Origin: Marsupella aquatica
Taxonomy: Eukaryota; Plantae; Marchantiophyta
Direction of reading: 5' to 3'
DNA length: 64,000 nt
NCBI GenBank assembly: GCA_973895155.1
Contig: OZ316895.1
Location: 19,420,803 to 19,484,802 of the forward strand
A model generated the notes under the pieces. It saw only the letters and a program-made list of their open reading frames with translations, ran no database searches and was not told where the DNA came from. This document shows, one piece after another, positions 37,071-51,300 of this stretch. Both the position numbers and the translations under genes were made by a program. Each line of letters opens with the position of its first letter. Position 1 is the first letter of the stretch.

Positions 37071-37879
37071 CTGAGAAAGAATCAAATCTCTTGGGAGGAA
37101 TGTAGGACTAGATAGTGGTTCAGTATTTGCTTTGAGAGAGGTGTTGTTCGCTCTGGCAAAGATAAACCTTTTATGGGCAGCCCGCTCCTCTTTATATAGG
37201 GGGATCCTCATAGCATCAATAAAACCACCACTGGCCATATATAAGAGTTCCATGAACTTCAAGAGAGGCAACTATATGGGGGGACAATATTTTCTTATCT
37301 TGTCTTATTCAAGTTGCTTTAAAGCATTTTTATGTCAATCTGCTCTAATATATGCTTTTGCCATGTATGATTTAAAATTTAATCATTTTTCTAACCCCTT
37401 AAATGTTATCATTTCCTTAGTTTCTATTTCCTATATTTATTTCATTTATCATGTTAAAGGCATTTTTAGGTACTTGCATGATAATGTTGGACTCTTCAAC
37501 CAGGCAACTACAATTCTAATATTTGATGTGATGTAGCTTATATGTCGTTGGTTATAAATTTTACAAGGTTTATGGTTCATGGATCAACATGTGTCACATA
37601 AATAAAGAGCCCCTCCCAGTAGAGCAAAACAGGTGTCACCTAAATAAAGAGCCCCTCCCAACTGAGCAGAAAATTAAAAAGTAACAAAGGTAGAGTACTC
37701 TTCTTTGAACCACAAAGTACTGTACCTAGGTACTTTGACAGTTAGTACATTCATATTAATGCAATTGTCATTCAAATTAATGCAATTGTCTCACCTAGAA
37801 ATTATTGTACCTCTCTCACTTTTAAAGAGGTGTGGAGTTTTCATTAACTTGTCTACCCCAGGAGGAGATGGTATGGGGG

Positions 37880-39660
37880 TGGCTTTGACAGTGGACACTA
37901 CCCCTTGCGCGTTTTTGGTAGTTGGGCGCAGGTTGCTCCCACCTTGGCCTCATGTTTCATTGTGAACCTTTGGCCTATCCTCTCTGACTTGATCATGGGA
38001 GTTGAGAACGGAGCTCTCCCGTTTCAAGTCCAGCTTTGTCATGGATGGTCATTATTGTTGGAGGACGTGCAGAGCATGGTCCATGCATTCGAGGGGTTGT
38101 TTTGGACAACACGGATTGAGTCCAACAAGTGATATCTGATCACATGCACCAACATACCCTTGCTAGCATGATTTCTGAGGCACCCACGGATTCGGTTCGG
38201 GCATGTCTCTTATCCGGTTCGGGCGCTGGTTTGTGGGCTTGGCTATTGGCTCTTTGGCCCCCTTTTGTATGACCTGTTTTATCTTTACCACTGCCACACG
38301 CCTTCAGCTGGGTCTCCCTCACCTCGCCTCTTGGGTCAGCCCGCATGCACCTGTGGTGCGCCCCTAGATGGGCAGGGCGTTCATATTCTGGTGTGGTCAT
38401 GGTAGTGAGAGGACTACAACACACGATGACATGCAGGACGTGGTGGCAGCCATTGCTCGTGACTCTGGGTACCATGTCATGATGGAGCAAAGACATGTGT
38501 TACCTCCACGGGATGGGGTTTTTGATCGTCGTCAAGCAGATTTGGTCTTCTCCCGTGCTAGAGGTCATGCCTTTGGGGATGTCATTGTTGTTGATCCGTC
38601 TAGTGGGGCCAATGTGGCTTCTGCTGCCTATGTACCAAACCATGCCGCTTGTCATGCGGATACACATCGCTACACAACATACATCGCTACACAACATACA
38701 TTGCTACACAACATACATCGCTTGTCACATACATCCACAACTAAGCACAATACATCACACATACATAAGAGAGTGGAGAACAAGTGGAACTCATGTCCAC
38801 ACACATCCAAAAGCCACAATGCAAACAAACCACGATTGACGCCAACAATAAGCACCAATCCCGTCCAATCCAATCACACACATATGTCAAGCCAACGCAC
38901 CTTGCACTCAAGGAATCCACGGTACATAGAAGGAGCTCTCAGCCACCATAGCCACCACACGAGCTCCCCTCTCCAAGGCTCAACATCAAAAGATAAGTAA
39001 ACCTTTTGATGTCTCACAAGGGAGAACTACTCTCCCACACAAACCTAACAGAATCTTATTGGCTCATATAGCACACATACCAAACATACAAATCTAGATA
39101 GTAGGAGATACTACAATACTACCTAGACTAGTGTGACATGCTGCGAGGGCAACTTGACTTAAAGAGGAGGCCTATGCTATGCGGTACCCTAGGGACCTCT
39201 TCTATCCGTTTGCCGTGGAGATATTTGGGGCGCTACACCCATCCTTTGACTGTTCTCTACACTCTTACGCAGTTTAGTGCATTGAGCGGAGGCCTTATCC
39301 CCAATGTCTGTCATCATGGCATTCTTTAGACAAAGGGCGTATGTTGCGCTTCAGTGGGCACATGCATTCACTATTCTTAGTAGGGGTGAGATTGTTGGTC
39401 TTAGGGCCTCTAGTAGGATTCCCTTTGCTTGACCCTCCCATGCACTTCACACCGGAGCTATACCAGGCTCTTCAGTTTGCTGATTGGTAGGCTTTGGGGT
39501 CCTGGTTCTTGGGTTTGCGATAGTTCTTTGTTTTTTTGCTTCCTAGCCTTTCTTGGCCCTTTGGTTGTCCCCTCTTGATTGGGTCTTTTGCCCGAGGGAT
39601 CATGTCTCTTGGTTGGGCGCCCTTTGTTTTTGGCAGTTTGAAATATATTTAAATTTCTTA
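37880..39660 (+). mobile_element. 5'-truncated CRE-like non-LTR retrotransposon (zinc knuckle and restriction-like endonuclease), decayed
   Basis: CTC..PLDG..H...CGHGSERTTTHDD; RQADLVF..GDVIVVDP; after removing the LTR insertion, HAAARA..KEEAY..FYPFAVEIFG; RQRAYVALQ..HA..IL; then a T-rich 3' UTR. Confidence 0.8.
38650..39138. mobile_element. Solo LTR inserted in the CRE-like element
   Basis: TGTCA...TGACA ends with a 4-bp TSD CGCT/TGCT. Excision restores the frame NHAA-ARA. Confidence 0.75.
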
Positions 39661-41078
39661 TAATCATTCTTTCAATACTTGCGTTTCATAAACAAGTGAA
39701 CTTAAAATGCCGGTCTCCACACATGAACTCTTATAATCATGCTTTCAATTCTTTTGAATTTGCCATAGGTGTAAAAGGAATGGCTTTAAATCTAGAAAAT
39801 GAAAATGTGGGAATTGTTCGTGCATAGGGCGGGCGCAGGGGACTGTCCCAATGGAGGAGGGGAAAATAACCAGACAAAAACGGGTCCTTGGACCCAGCCA
39901 TGTAGTGTGCGGGGAGCGTGTTCTGGCTGGTATGGTGCGCAGTAAAGACATTTACGGCCTTTGGACTGATTTAGTAGTCTAAGGGTTCAACCTTCCCTTC
40001 TATCCCCCTCAACTACGCTTCTAGAGAAGTCAGAATAGTCATGTATTAGGATGAACATGCTATAATAAGAGTTCTATGAACTTCAAGAGAAGGTAACGAC
40101 TACCGACAGGGCCAACTTGAGGTTGGAACGAGGCCTCGAGGGAGGTGGATTTGAGTTGAGTGTTAGAACTATGACAGGTAGTAAGGATTACCCATAAATC
40201 AGCTGAAGTGGTCTTTACTCCCTCACTTGGTGCCTCCACTCTAGAACTCCCGAACCTGATCTTTGTAGCTGCCACAGTACCACCCTGTCTCAGCGGATCG
40301 GTACTACTACCAGTGTGTGACTTATGAGCTGGTTCCTCCTCATGTGCGTCAACCCTGCCCATTTGAATCTACTCAGCCCTCCAATTGAGATCCCATAACT
40401 TCTCAATTCCTTCCTCGGTGATTGAGCAGCTTTGTCCGGGTGGAAACCATACTTTGACGGACACTGGGAATGAGTCATTGGCGTTTGAGGCACCTTGTCC
40501 TGATTAACAGCAACTCTAGTGCCGATCGATGTGGGTCTGAAGGATTCGACCAAGCAACATATGACTTTCGACCACTTTCTCTCGTTGGAGGGAGTTCGAT
40601 AGTACTCCTTACGGCACTGCGTTGGTGATTGATAACTGTCATTCCCCGCCGGAGTGCGGTTTGTTACCACTGGACCGGATTTGTGCATAGAATTTGTGCA
40701 GCTGCAGGCTGCAGTTTGGTCCGAATTGAGATCTTCCATTGTCTCAGGGCTACAAGCCAAATGAGAGGTAGATATGGAACTCAGCAAACCACACCAGGCA
40801 CAGAACTGTTGATCAACCTCTAGAAAATGGACCAGGGCTGAGTATGCTATCGTGGTGAGCTAGCATTGAGGGGTTGCTCCTGCGTCTACGTCATCCATTA
40901 GTGATTTCTATTTTGCCTCCACTCTAGAACTCTCCACACATTTGTTTATGGAAGATCATCTGTATATGGCTCCAGTGTTTAAGATTTGTTCGGCGTTGCA
41001 CAGAAAAGGCCGCTGAAGCCACGGCACCGGCTTCTCTTATGTCCCGTCCCTTCTAAAGAGCTTCTTCCGGGCTTAGCA

Positions 41079-43916
41079 ATGGCTGAAAAGAAGCAGCAGC
41101 CTGCAGTACCAACGCTATCTGCCGAGCAGGGAGCTAGTTGTGGAAGTATTGTCCCGATGCATCATGAACACACTATTTCTATTGATCTGGAACGGTTGTC
41201 AGCTGAGGTCGCATTGGATTTGACCACTGATAAAATAGAATGTCAATCACAGTTGGCAGCAGGTCCAGGAGCAGTAGCATTATCGGCTGTTGATAATGCT
41301 ACTGGCACCAGTGGCAGTGGAAGCAGCAGCAATGTTGGCTCCCCGCTGACGTCCAAATGGAGATGGATTGGTCAGAAGGAGCTCCAATACCTCGTTACCA
41401 ATAGACGAACCCCTCCTCCCCGGTCTCCTAAAGGCCCAGCTAGGGTCACCAATTTGGATAATGAAGCCAATTCCTCTTCTTCAGCAGTAGTGCCCATCGG
41501 TGCACCCAGTGAGGCACTGGAGCAGGGAGCATTCCTGAGAGTGGTGACGGAGAGTGGAGAGAGGATCCCGGCAGCTTTGGAAGGGGGAAGCGAAGGAGGA
41601 AGGCAGAGAATTGCGCACATCTTGCTACCCACTACAGATGAGTCGCCAGAGCGAGATCAGCTCGGCAGTCCGGATCATTCTCCTCTTCCCATGGGCGGAG
41701 AATTACCTCTCGTGACAGCAGCAGCAGCGATAGCGGCGGCTGGAGGCAAGAAACGGAAAGTCTCAAGTGTAGTTGGGGAGCAAAATAACTCTGGTCTCAG
41801 TCAGGATCTCGAGAAGGGAAAGGTGTGCAATGAGGCAACAGGAGGTGGAGGAGGAGCTGGGGGGGATGCGATTGAGGCTCCTTCGGGTTACCAACATGAG
41901 GATGACGACGACAGCAACGAGCCTATTTGCCGTGTTTGTCACTTGAGTACTGCTAAGGCCGATGTCATCACCCTTGGATGTGCTTGCAAGGATGACTTGG
42001 GTCGAGCTCACAAGGGATGTGCTGAGACGTGGTTCCAAGTCAGAGGCAATAGGTGTGGATCTCTCTCTCTCTCTCTGTCTCTCTCATGCGAATGGGACCT
42101 CTCTTTTGGTGAAGAAGTAGCTCGTCTATCAGCGTTTTTGTCATAATACCTGAAACAAGAGGCCTGTAAGACAGGTGGTGGGTCATTGAGCTCAGTGGGA
42201 ACACTTGCTGAAAGATACAAATCAATGTTCCCTGTTTCAGCCGCCAATCCTGCTTCAGATTGGGACCCGTGGTTATGTAGCTCTACTTCACTTTCTCTCC
42301 CGCTTTCTGTCGCTCCCTGAAGATCTTCCGATCGCTTTCGTTTATCGTTATTTCTGTCTGGCCCTCTTCAAGTGGGCTTGCTTGTCCGAAATGGTGTGTA
42401 TGGCTCGGCGGACACCCTGGTCAGACCGCTAAGCCATATACTCTGAACAAAGTATACCGAAATCCCAAGTGCTCCAGCTGCCGTTAGTGCATTTTAGAAG
42501 GGATGACCGATGCCCACACTACATTGATGGGGAAGAAAATTAAGTGTCTCAATTTATGAATGTAGATCATGATTCGGATTAGTGGTGAGCATGACTAAAA
42601 ACTTTGACATAAATCAAGGCTCAGCATTTTGCTCTCTGAGCTCGATTCGTCCAAGTTAGGCCTCCCTCTTGGCGTCTTCAGCTCCTTGGTCCAATTTTCC
42701 TACTCTTTTGTTGATACATTTTGAAATCTCTGGATTTATAAGATGTGAATTTCCAGAAGTAGAGAGCGCGGGGGGGGGCGGAAGAAGTTGTCCCTTAGTA
42801 TGGAGGTCCTTGTCTAATTCCGCGTAGAACTTAGCTTTATTCTAAGATTGTTTCGCATCATGGTTAGTCTGTTTAAGTTGGGCCAGTTCCATCGCCTGTC
42901 CTCCCGTCATCATCAAGCTCGCATTTCCCTCTTCCTGTGAACAATGGCAGCTTTCCATTTCTCGCTTTGAAAATACGATGGCATCAGTGCCTTGCAACAT
43001 ATCGAACCTTCAGCAGTCTACTTCAGTCTTTCTCTACCTTTCTCAATCACTCACCCTTATGCCGTTGTCAATTCCTTCGTCAAGAAAATATTCCATTGGA
43101 AATGCGGATGACTTTTGTAGCCTTTCTGAGGTACTCTTAGAGTTTATGGTGAGTCCTATGGAAACTGTTGTTAGACGGTCCTTCATCTTCCTTCTGCTTT
43201 TGGTCCAAAGGAAGAATTAGGTGGAATTCTCCTGCAGTATCTCGGGATCAACATAGATAAGGCGCTTGTGTTCATTGCTTCGTTGTCAGGCCTGTGTCCG
43301 TTAGTTTCCTGATCAGGGATCTCACTAACAAAATGAGTGACTGTCAGTGAATTGAAGAGGCTACTCCTCAATTGACAACTTTGCAGTTAGCTTGAGTTGG
43401 GCTGTGAACTTTACTCAATTAGATTTCCAGGAATTGGCGATTGACGTTTAAATCCTCCAGAGACTTACATAGAGTCGCCTATCATCTCATGTCCCATTTG
43501 AGCTGCTGTGCTGATAACCACACCACAATTAGTGTTCAAAACTAGATCGTTTTGGAGGTGGTCGTTGTCAGAAACAGATATTTCTTTTCGCCCAGACCTG
43601 TTAAGAATTTGTTTCCTGTGTTTGTGTAGAATGTTATTGAAGTTCGGCACAGGCTCCTGATCTAAAATTTGGCCTTCGTTGATCCAGGCAATGTGAAATA
43701 TGTGGGGAGGTGGCTCAGAATGTGCACCTTCTTGAACCAATGGATGACGGCCTTGCGAACAACACAAGTACCCAAGACGCAGTCATCACAAGTAGTGTGC
43801 ATCATCCTGCGACTATTTGCTGGCAAAACCGGCCGATCCGCAACTTTCTACTCGTCTTTCTTGTGGCCGCATTCCTCATTCCCTGGCTTTTCCGGTTCGC
43901 CTACTATAATCACTAG
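41079..43916 (+). CDS. RING-CH (RINGv/MARCH-like) E3 ubiquitin ligase with a C-terminal transmembrane segment; exons 41079-42052 and 43688-43916
   Basis: ICRVCH..LGCACKDDLGRAHKGCAETWF.VRGNR|QCEICG (C4HC3) spans a GT-AG intron. The C-terminus CWQNRPIRNFLLVFLVAAFLIPWLF is typical of this plant family. Confidence 0.9.
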
Positions 43917-45569
43917 GGACTGGGCTACCAGCTACTCAGACATGCTTTCACTGTGAATATTGTATACATTCGTGCCCAGAATCTTCCTTTCCATGCCCTC
44001 GTTTGACAACAGCAAGTCTAGCCTCGATGGGGTCAAGTTTTCCCAGTGCAAATGAGGTGTCTTTACACCTGAGGACTCGATTATGTTCAAAGGCCATAGA
44101 ACCTGGGTGAGGGGTTCAAATAAGGATTCAACTGCAAAGAGCAGAACTTTAAGCAACCGGAGATCAGGAACACTTTCTTTCGTTGCAGTTCTAATTGCTG
44201 CAAATGACAACGAAGCTTGTCTACTCGACTTATTCCGAGAAGGCTTCCAGTGAACACCTTTTGATTCATTGCTTCTCGTCATCCTCCTAGAGTCCCAGCC
44301 TAAGCGTTGGCAACTTGCTTCGTCAACAAACTGCAGTGTCTACCATTTTTTGAAGAATTGTAGTCTGAAAAGTAGGCTGTGTAGCAGTTGGTATAGACGT
44401 TCAGCAATAGAAGTTCGGCAATAATTGCTGGATTTGTTACCGGAAAAGGCAGTTAACCCTGAACTGGGGATAAATGTATCCTACCTTCAGATGATCTTTG
44501 GGATGTTGAAAGTTTCCTCGCGGAGTTTCTTCTGCCAGCAGAGAGAAGGATAATGCTCTGGAATTAGAGAAGGTCGCACTGTCATCTACGAATTATTGTT
44601 CCGTAGAACATGTGGATCATGACTTCGATGTATTATACAGGTCACCAAAGAAAATCACGAGGACGTGGGATTTGGTCACCTTATCTTCTCGGTTTTAAGC
44701 TCTACAACGCTACCAGTACGGGGGCAGTTGTTTGTGATTCAAATGGAAGCGTTTCTTGGACTCAAATAACCATGTAAAATGTATATGTTAATAGTCCGGC
44801 TCACCATTCGTCATCGTGATTGTTTTCTTCTACAATTGAAACTTTCAACGACAACAAAATAGTAGAGCAACAGGCCAGCATCACAACGGCAACATGTGAC
44901 GTAGATGGGCGACAGCTGCACCCCTGCCAACACTGCTGCTTGGAGAGTTCGAGAGTAACAATTCTTATATTTTGAATTGGATTGTATTCTACGAAAACTG
45001 ACAGAAATAAATGCCAAGACACGCTGCAAATGTCTACCAAAATATCCATTGAGTATGCTGGAAGATTCGGACTGATTGCCCAGATAGACTGACATAACCC
45101 ACATGGACCTCAGCCACACCCCGTGTTTTTCTCAGATGATACATATTACACTGAACCACATGGACCTCAGAAAACCATCTGTTTTTCTCAGATGATACAT
45201 AGTACAACAAAGAGTGAAATGTGAGAAGACAGCAAGTCTTCTCAGACGACAAGACAGCAAGAAAGTCATCTTTGGAAATTATTTTAATTGAAAGGAAATA
45301 TTTCTTTGAGTGAAATGTGGTTGTATAATGTCTTGAAATAATTATAAACCGTTGGGTAGTTAATATGACCAAAGTAGAGTAACCTGTGGAACCGTTGGTC
45401 CATTGCCTAGCCCACTGGCTTATGGTTACACAAGACTGACTCGGACAGATGGGACAATGGTTGGCCCAGAAGGCCCATCCTGTGCTACAGCCAAGACAAT
45501 GACAGCACTAAGTATAGACCAATGTGCAACCAATGCGAAAGTATTATTCTATACAATAGCGTGTTGGTG

Positions 45570-45760
45570 CTCAAGACCTATAGCAACAAGTCGAGCTTTT
45601 AGATGGCCAGGTTGGATTGTCGAGATCATAAATAGCTTTAGATTTGTACATCCGTTTTGATGATACTGCGTGTCTACCTTGAGACAGCTTTGTAAATTCC
45701 CAGGTGTTATTCTTTATCAAGCTATCGACTTGTTCTTCAAATTGATTGCAGCCCACTGAT
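45570..45760 (-). mobile_element. Short Copia RT N-terminal remnant
   Basis: EEQVDSLIKNNTWEFTKLSQGRHAVSSKRMYK resembles 'E..SL..N.TW.L..LP.G...V..KW.YK'. Confidence 0.7.
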
Positions 45761-48382
45761 TGCAGCCCACTGTTCAGGGTTCCCATATAGCTGCTCCAAA
45801 TGGAATGTCATCAATCACACAGTAAGTGGTTTTGACTACGCAGAAATTAACATCCTTGGGGAAATGCATCATCACTCTAATCCTTAAACGTAGATTTAAC
45901 GCAGGGTCTAAACGACCCCCATCAGGACAACTTGGCCTCGAATAAACTAATTGAAATTCATTCAAAAAACCAGCATACAACAAGGGCGGACATCAGGACA
46001 ACTTACAATATTTTGGATCTACTACAATGGTAAATGAATAAGCCCCGTATGCTTGGCTACTGAACAGCAGGATACCAGCCACGTTCTGAACATTTTCTTA
46101 GAGGAATGCTAACATGCCTGGTCGACGACAATCAGTGTCGTCGTAGCAATCTCCTACTCCGATGGCATGTATGACAATTCTAAGAATTGAGTGCCAAACG
46201 CTACTTCCCATTTCCCTCAAGAGTAATTACAAAACTCGATGTGATAAGGAAGCGGTTGCTGAATTAGATGTGACACAAACACAGTAATAACTATGCTTTG
46301 GTTTGATTACCCATGTCCTTCTCTTCAAAGATGTGTAGATCACCTTCGTAGATAGTAACCTTGCGCGACACGTACACATAGATAATATTAGCCAAAATTC
46401 GACTCATCATAATATCATCGCATGGCTCAATTGGTATTTTTTAGTTTTGGAGGTTGTACACGGCTCAGTATACGTCTCCCCTACCTAGCAGACTAGGTCT
46501 AACAGGGTCTGTCGCATATTGCCTTGGTATTTAAGATCTCTAAAGCCTCGTGACCGACCAGGAGGACAGACCTTGGCAACCACAGACAAAATTGTCTTAG
46601 TACAAGGTTTTGAAGTCCGATGTAACACACTGGAAGTATAGACCCAATCCCTGATCCTAAGTCCAAAGTTTGTTTGACTGAACGACTGCTTGCAAAAAAT
46701 TGAGAACTAGTTGGAGTGGCCTGCAGCACCAGGTAGTCAAAGGAGATTCGAGGGAACGACCCCAACAATCGCGAACTTTACAGCTGTGCACCGAACTTGC
46801 CCGGCTGACTCGGTGCTAGCTATCGGGGCGGGAGAAATACAAGATCAATGGATAAAATATTGCCCGAACAAATACTAATCCAAATCGCTTCGGGCTGCAG
46901 CATGGTCGGGGTCTGATGCCCTACTATGATCCATGAGATTCCAGTGTTTTAGCTTTTACTTTGCGAGTTCCAATTTCATCTGCTCTCCGTGAATCATCCT
47001 AAACCAAACTCAAATCAACATGTAGTTTGAATCTGCAAATTATTCTTACTGACAGGTGTCCTGTTTGTTCAGAAATGGATCTAGGTTTATTCAAGGAAAA
47101 AATCTCCCACAACTTTGAAGGTGTTTTGCTCATCAACACACTTCTAGAGTTTAGTGAATCTCGAAATCCCTTGGATTTCCTCTCAGATTAACAAGGAAGA
47201 AATTCTATTAGAATAGAAGAGCCAAACGTTGTTGCTGCTAACCTAAACCTGCAGCAGACTCGTGAGAAAGGTTTGCTCACCCATCAATTTGAGGGTATCG
47301 AGTAATCGCTGGACCGTGGGTTGAACTTCAGAACCCATCTCCAGATGAGGAGTATCCAAAGAAATCTGCTAATTCTCACAAACACTACAAAAAGCCTCTT
47401 CAAACAGCAACGGACCTGCTTGTCAGAGCCTTGACAGGAACTGACAAGTAATTCGAACATAGAAGGCATCGTCATTTAAATCCTGCATCACATGTTGACA
47501 TGACGGTATTACAGATTTGCCTCTCTTCTACATCTCTCTAAAACTGAGGGTACATTGTGCTCAGAAGGGAGAAGGACCGCTTAATAGGTACTAAATTTTC
47601 TCTGGACTTAGTTTCATGAAACCCAGAGATTGACTGCGAAGAAATAACCAATGCCATTTCCATGCTAAGAAGGATTGCCGCTAGCTAAAACATTTCTTAC
47701 TTGTGAAAGTCTCCGTTTTGGTCTACAGCAATTGCTCTATTCATGCCAACTTCTTCATCCTATACATACAGGGACGTCAAAACATCCTGGACCAACTGGA
47801 TAAATTTAACAACAGTGTCCTCTAAACATGACTGTATTCAAATATTACCTTGACGCGGCGACTGGAAATCCCCCGCCAATGTCTCCGCTTCACAAATTGT
47901 CGAAATCACTCAATACAAGCCACCAACTGTGCAAACTGCTCACGTCTCTGAGTATGGGAAGCCTAGAACCCCAAGAGCGCATCCTTACTGGATCTTCTTC
48001 TCAGTGGCAAATGTATCAAGCAGTGACTGTATCTGGGAAATAAACTCTGATTGAAAGATTGAATTGTCACCATCTGCGAGGATAGGTCCACCATGCAAAC
48101 GAAAGCAACTGTTATACCACCATCACATTACCCTATATACCCGTATATGTTATCAAGTGAGCACCCAATGAACTGCAAGTACAAGACGTGTTCTCCGACC
48201 TGTGTTAGCTTTGCTGTGTTTGCAAAGCACAAATGCAAATCAGATTGTATATAGAAGGAAGAAACTTGGACTTTGAACAGGGATATAGTTTGACAAAATA
48301 AGAAAATTCTTCATAACGTTTACTCTTTCGAGATTAGATGGCCCTTAGGGCTGGAACAAAACCAGGCCTAGCAAGCAGGAGA

Positions 48383-51300
48383 CTAATAAAACTTCGATCG
48401 AGATATGTCAAATGGGTTTAAGGATAAACCGTTCAAGTCTCCTTCCTCTTGCTCTTCAGATGATACAATATGTAGATGATCACCATCTCGCACTACCTCC
48501 AAATCATCAATCTCAGCCCCTTCCCTTGAAAGCACTTTGGTGGGTTCATAATTGAATCTATTCCCTGTAAATTGACAAGGTCGCTTTGTGTGATCAGCCA
48601 CTGCATTAGCCATCGGATATCTTCCCTTCAAAATACTACATAACTTGAATATTGCAAAATGAACTCCCAGCATTGTGTGCACGTAATGAGTTGCACTTCC
48701 GAAGGCGACTATGAATCCTGTTAAACTTTAAGAAGCATCAGTATCGAGAACAGTACTGCATAGAGACACTATCAAGGAAATTTGTAGCTGCTCACCTGCA
48801 AGATCAAGAAGGTCTCTGAGCGACTTCGGAAGAAGTATCACCTTTCCTGATATTTTTTGTGCTTTGCTTCGTGGGTGATATTGATAAATTGTCACACGCT
48901 TGCTTGTTGCAGCCTGTGTCCTCGGCATGCCTTTCGCTAGACGTCCTAGACTCGGATCGCTTGGGTGAGAAGGAGGGTCAGCTAGAATTTGTAAAATGGT
49001 ATTCGTCCCACTCGTTCTATCCCTTGTTGCTTTAAGTACCGGTTTAACCACCCCTGGACGGATACTATCTTTGATAATTGCATCCACTTGTGGACTTTTA
49101 CCGGTTTTGTCTAACGTACCCAGACTACACGACTTTTTCCCTTTAGACCCTACACTCTCGTTTTCATTCCTGTATTTGTCCTCTACGACGGTAACGTTGT
49201 TTGATTCCAATAGTGATACCATCGCTGCCATATCTTCTTGTCTCGCAAGATCTAGTGGAGTTCGACATTTTCTATCAGGTTTGGATGCATCCGCTCCTTT
49301 ACTCAAAAGAAATGCCGCCATTGATAGTGCGTTTTGTGCGACTGCGATATGTAGAGCAGTATGGCCGTCTGGGTTGACAGTGTTGACATCCACTCCAAAG
49401 CGTATAAACTCTTTCAAGACGGTTTTGTTCGCTTCTTGGGTTGCTAAAGCAAATAATGTTCCAATGTTGCTGTCAGGGCTAATCCGTCCTCCATTGTCCC
49501 ATATGACATCCGCTGTTGATGTGTGTCCATTAAGCACTGCCTCGGCAAGAGGCAAATTTCCTTCATCATCTGCAGAAGTGACAGCATTAGCTCTTTTATT
49601 CAATACACATCGTCGGTAATAGTGTGATGAATCAAGGACAAGTTTGGAAACTGAACTGCTCAAACTCAAGCTATCTAAAACTACTAAATTGAGAGCATTT
49701 GTACACCTGATGTGAGAATATTTTTATATCACAGACATGCTGCTCAAGGAGGGGAACTATATGCAAATCGCCATGATGCGCCGTTAAGGACTTCGGAAAG
49801 TTCCCTGCAAAAATACTATCACCCTAAGCTATAGGAGTTTAGCAAACGGCAACCTGCTAAACATGACATTTATGCACTATCGATCTATTGCTGAAGAGAC
49901 ACCCAAACCATCAAAGAGCAAGCTAGCCAACAGCAATTGGATGTCAGCAAGAAAGAGCGACTGCAAAGGACTCAGGAGGGCAGAACCTTGTAAATTTGCA
50001 TCGGCAGCATTGTCAAGAAGAATCCGAACACAATCTTCAAAGCCCCTGGATGCTGCTTCGTGCTGTTCAGGGAGAAAGAGAGCCCGGTAAGCAGACGCGC
50101 AGCTTATGGATCATCCTACATGGCCACATCTACATTTTCTGTATGAAGCTGGCGGTGCTCTCAAAACTTAACACACCAAATCTGCCTAGATAAATCATAG
50201 AAGAGGTCAGAAATTGATTCGATAAACCTGTGCAGAAAGCAAAGTAGAACAGCAACAGCCGCTCTACTTAGTCCACACCCTTCCCACGCCGCCATTCTGG
50301 CCATAAATTTATTTCTTTGTGCTACGGTAGAAAATAAGTATCATCAACAACTATAGCCGTACATTTATGAGCAGTCTCACCAGTGCTGTACGGCCATTGC
50401 CATCAGTAACGTCAGGATCCTTGCCCTGGCTAAGCTGTGCCTCCAAAAGCTGTAAGTTTCCCTGCTTAGCAATATAATGTAGACTCAAAGCTATATCAGC
50501 TCGCCCAAGTGCCAGTAGGGTCTCAATCTCCGTCGACATTTCCGCAAATCTTCTATCGTTGGCCTCTTTCAAATGCTGCAGGAATTTTGAGACATGCTGG
50601 TAAAGCCTTAGATCATACATTCCTTTGTGCAATGAGACTTCTCCTAGGCTTCTTTCACAGTGGCCCATTGTGATCGGCAATGGTCAGAAGTCGTTGCAAG
50701 GATTGCACAAGACAATGGCTACGAGTACATTAGCAATGATGTGAACCAGCCTTTCCAGAAAGATAACTAAGAGACATGTGAATGACCAATACTTTTTTAT
50801 TTAAATTGAGAAAATATATCTTGGAGTGACTTGCTGTTTTGTCATGCTCCAAGACATATCTCCAACATGCATTTGGAAATCCAAAATTTCAATTCTCCAA
50901 TGCATTCCCCAGCAACATACAATACAAAACAAGATCATTGAAACATTTGACCCTTCTACAGCTTTCAAGCCCACTATCAAGAATTCCACTTAGGGATCAA
51001 TTATATGCTGGCCAAGTAGGATTAACAAAAGTTCAAGGCAGATTGATCCGTACTTCCAAGAGAAAAAAACATTGAATCGAGAGGGAGAGTGGACCTGAGT
51101 CAGATTCTCAATCACTTTCTGTCCATCTGCAAGGTTTCCCTGCACCATGGTTATGAACTTTGCACGGTCCAGCCGAAGTAGCTGAGTCAGCCTCCGTGTG
51201 CGAACAGCAAACGGTTGGGGGATATAGCATATAACCCCAATTTCGCCAACAATATCACCATGTTCCATTGTCGCGAATACCTGACCAAATCAACTTTGAC

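Noticed and set aside
38368-39000. 210-aa ORF with a His/Thr-rich tail as a novel fusion
   Set aside because: The tail is read-through into the inserted solo LTR.
40060-40823. 165-aa and other ORFs upstream of the RING gene
   Set aside because: No recognisable motif; probably promoter/5' UTR or chance ORFs.
48996-49619. 207-aa plus-strand ORF
   Set aside because: It is the antisense shadow of the K+ channel ankyrin exon.
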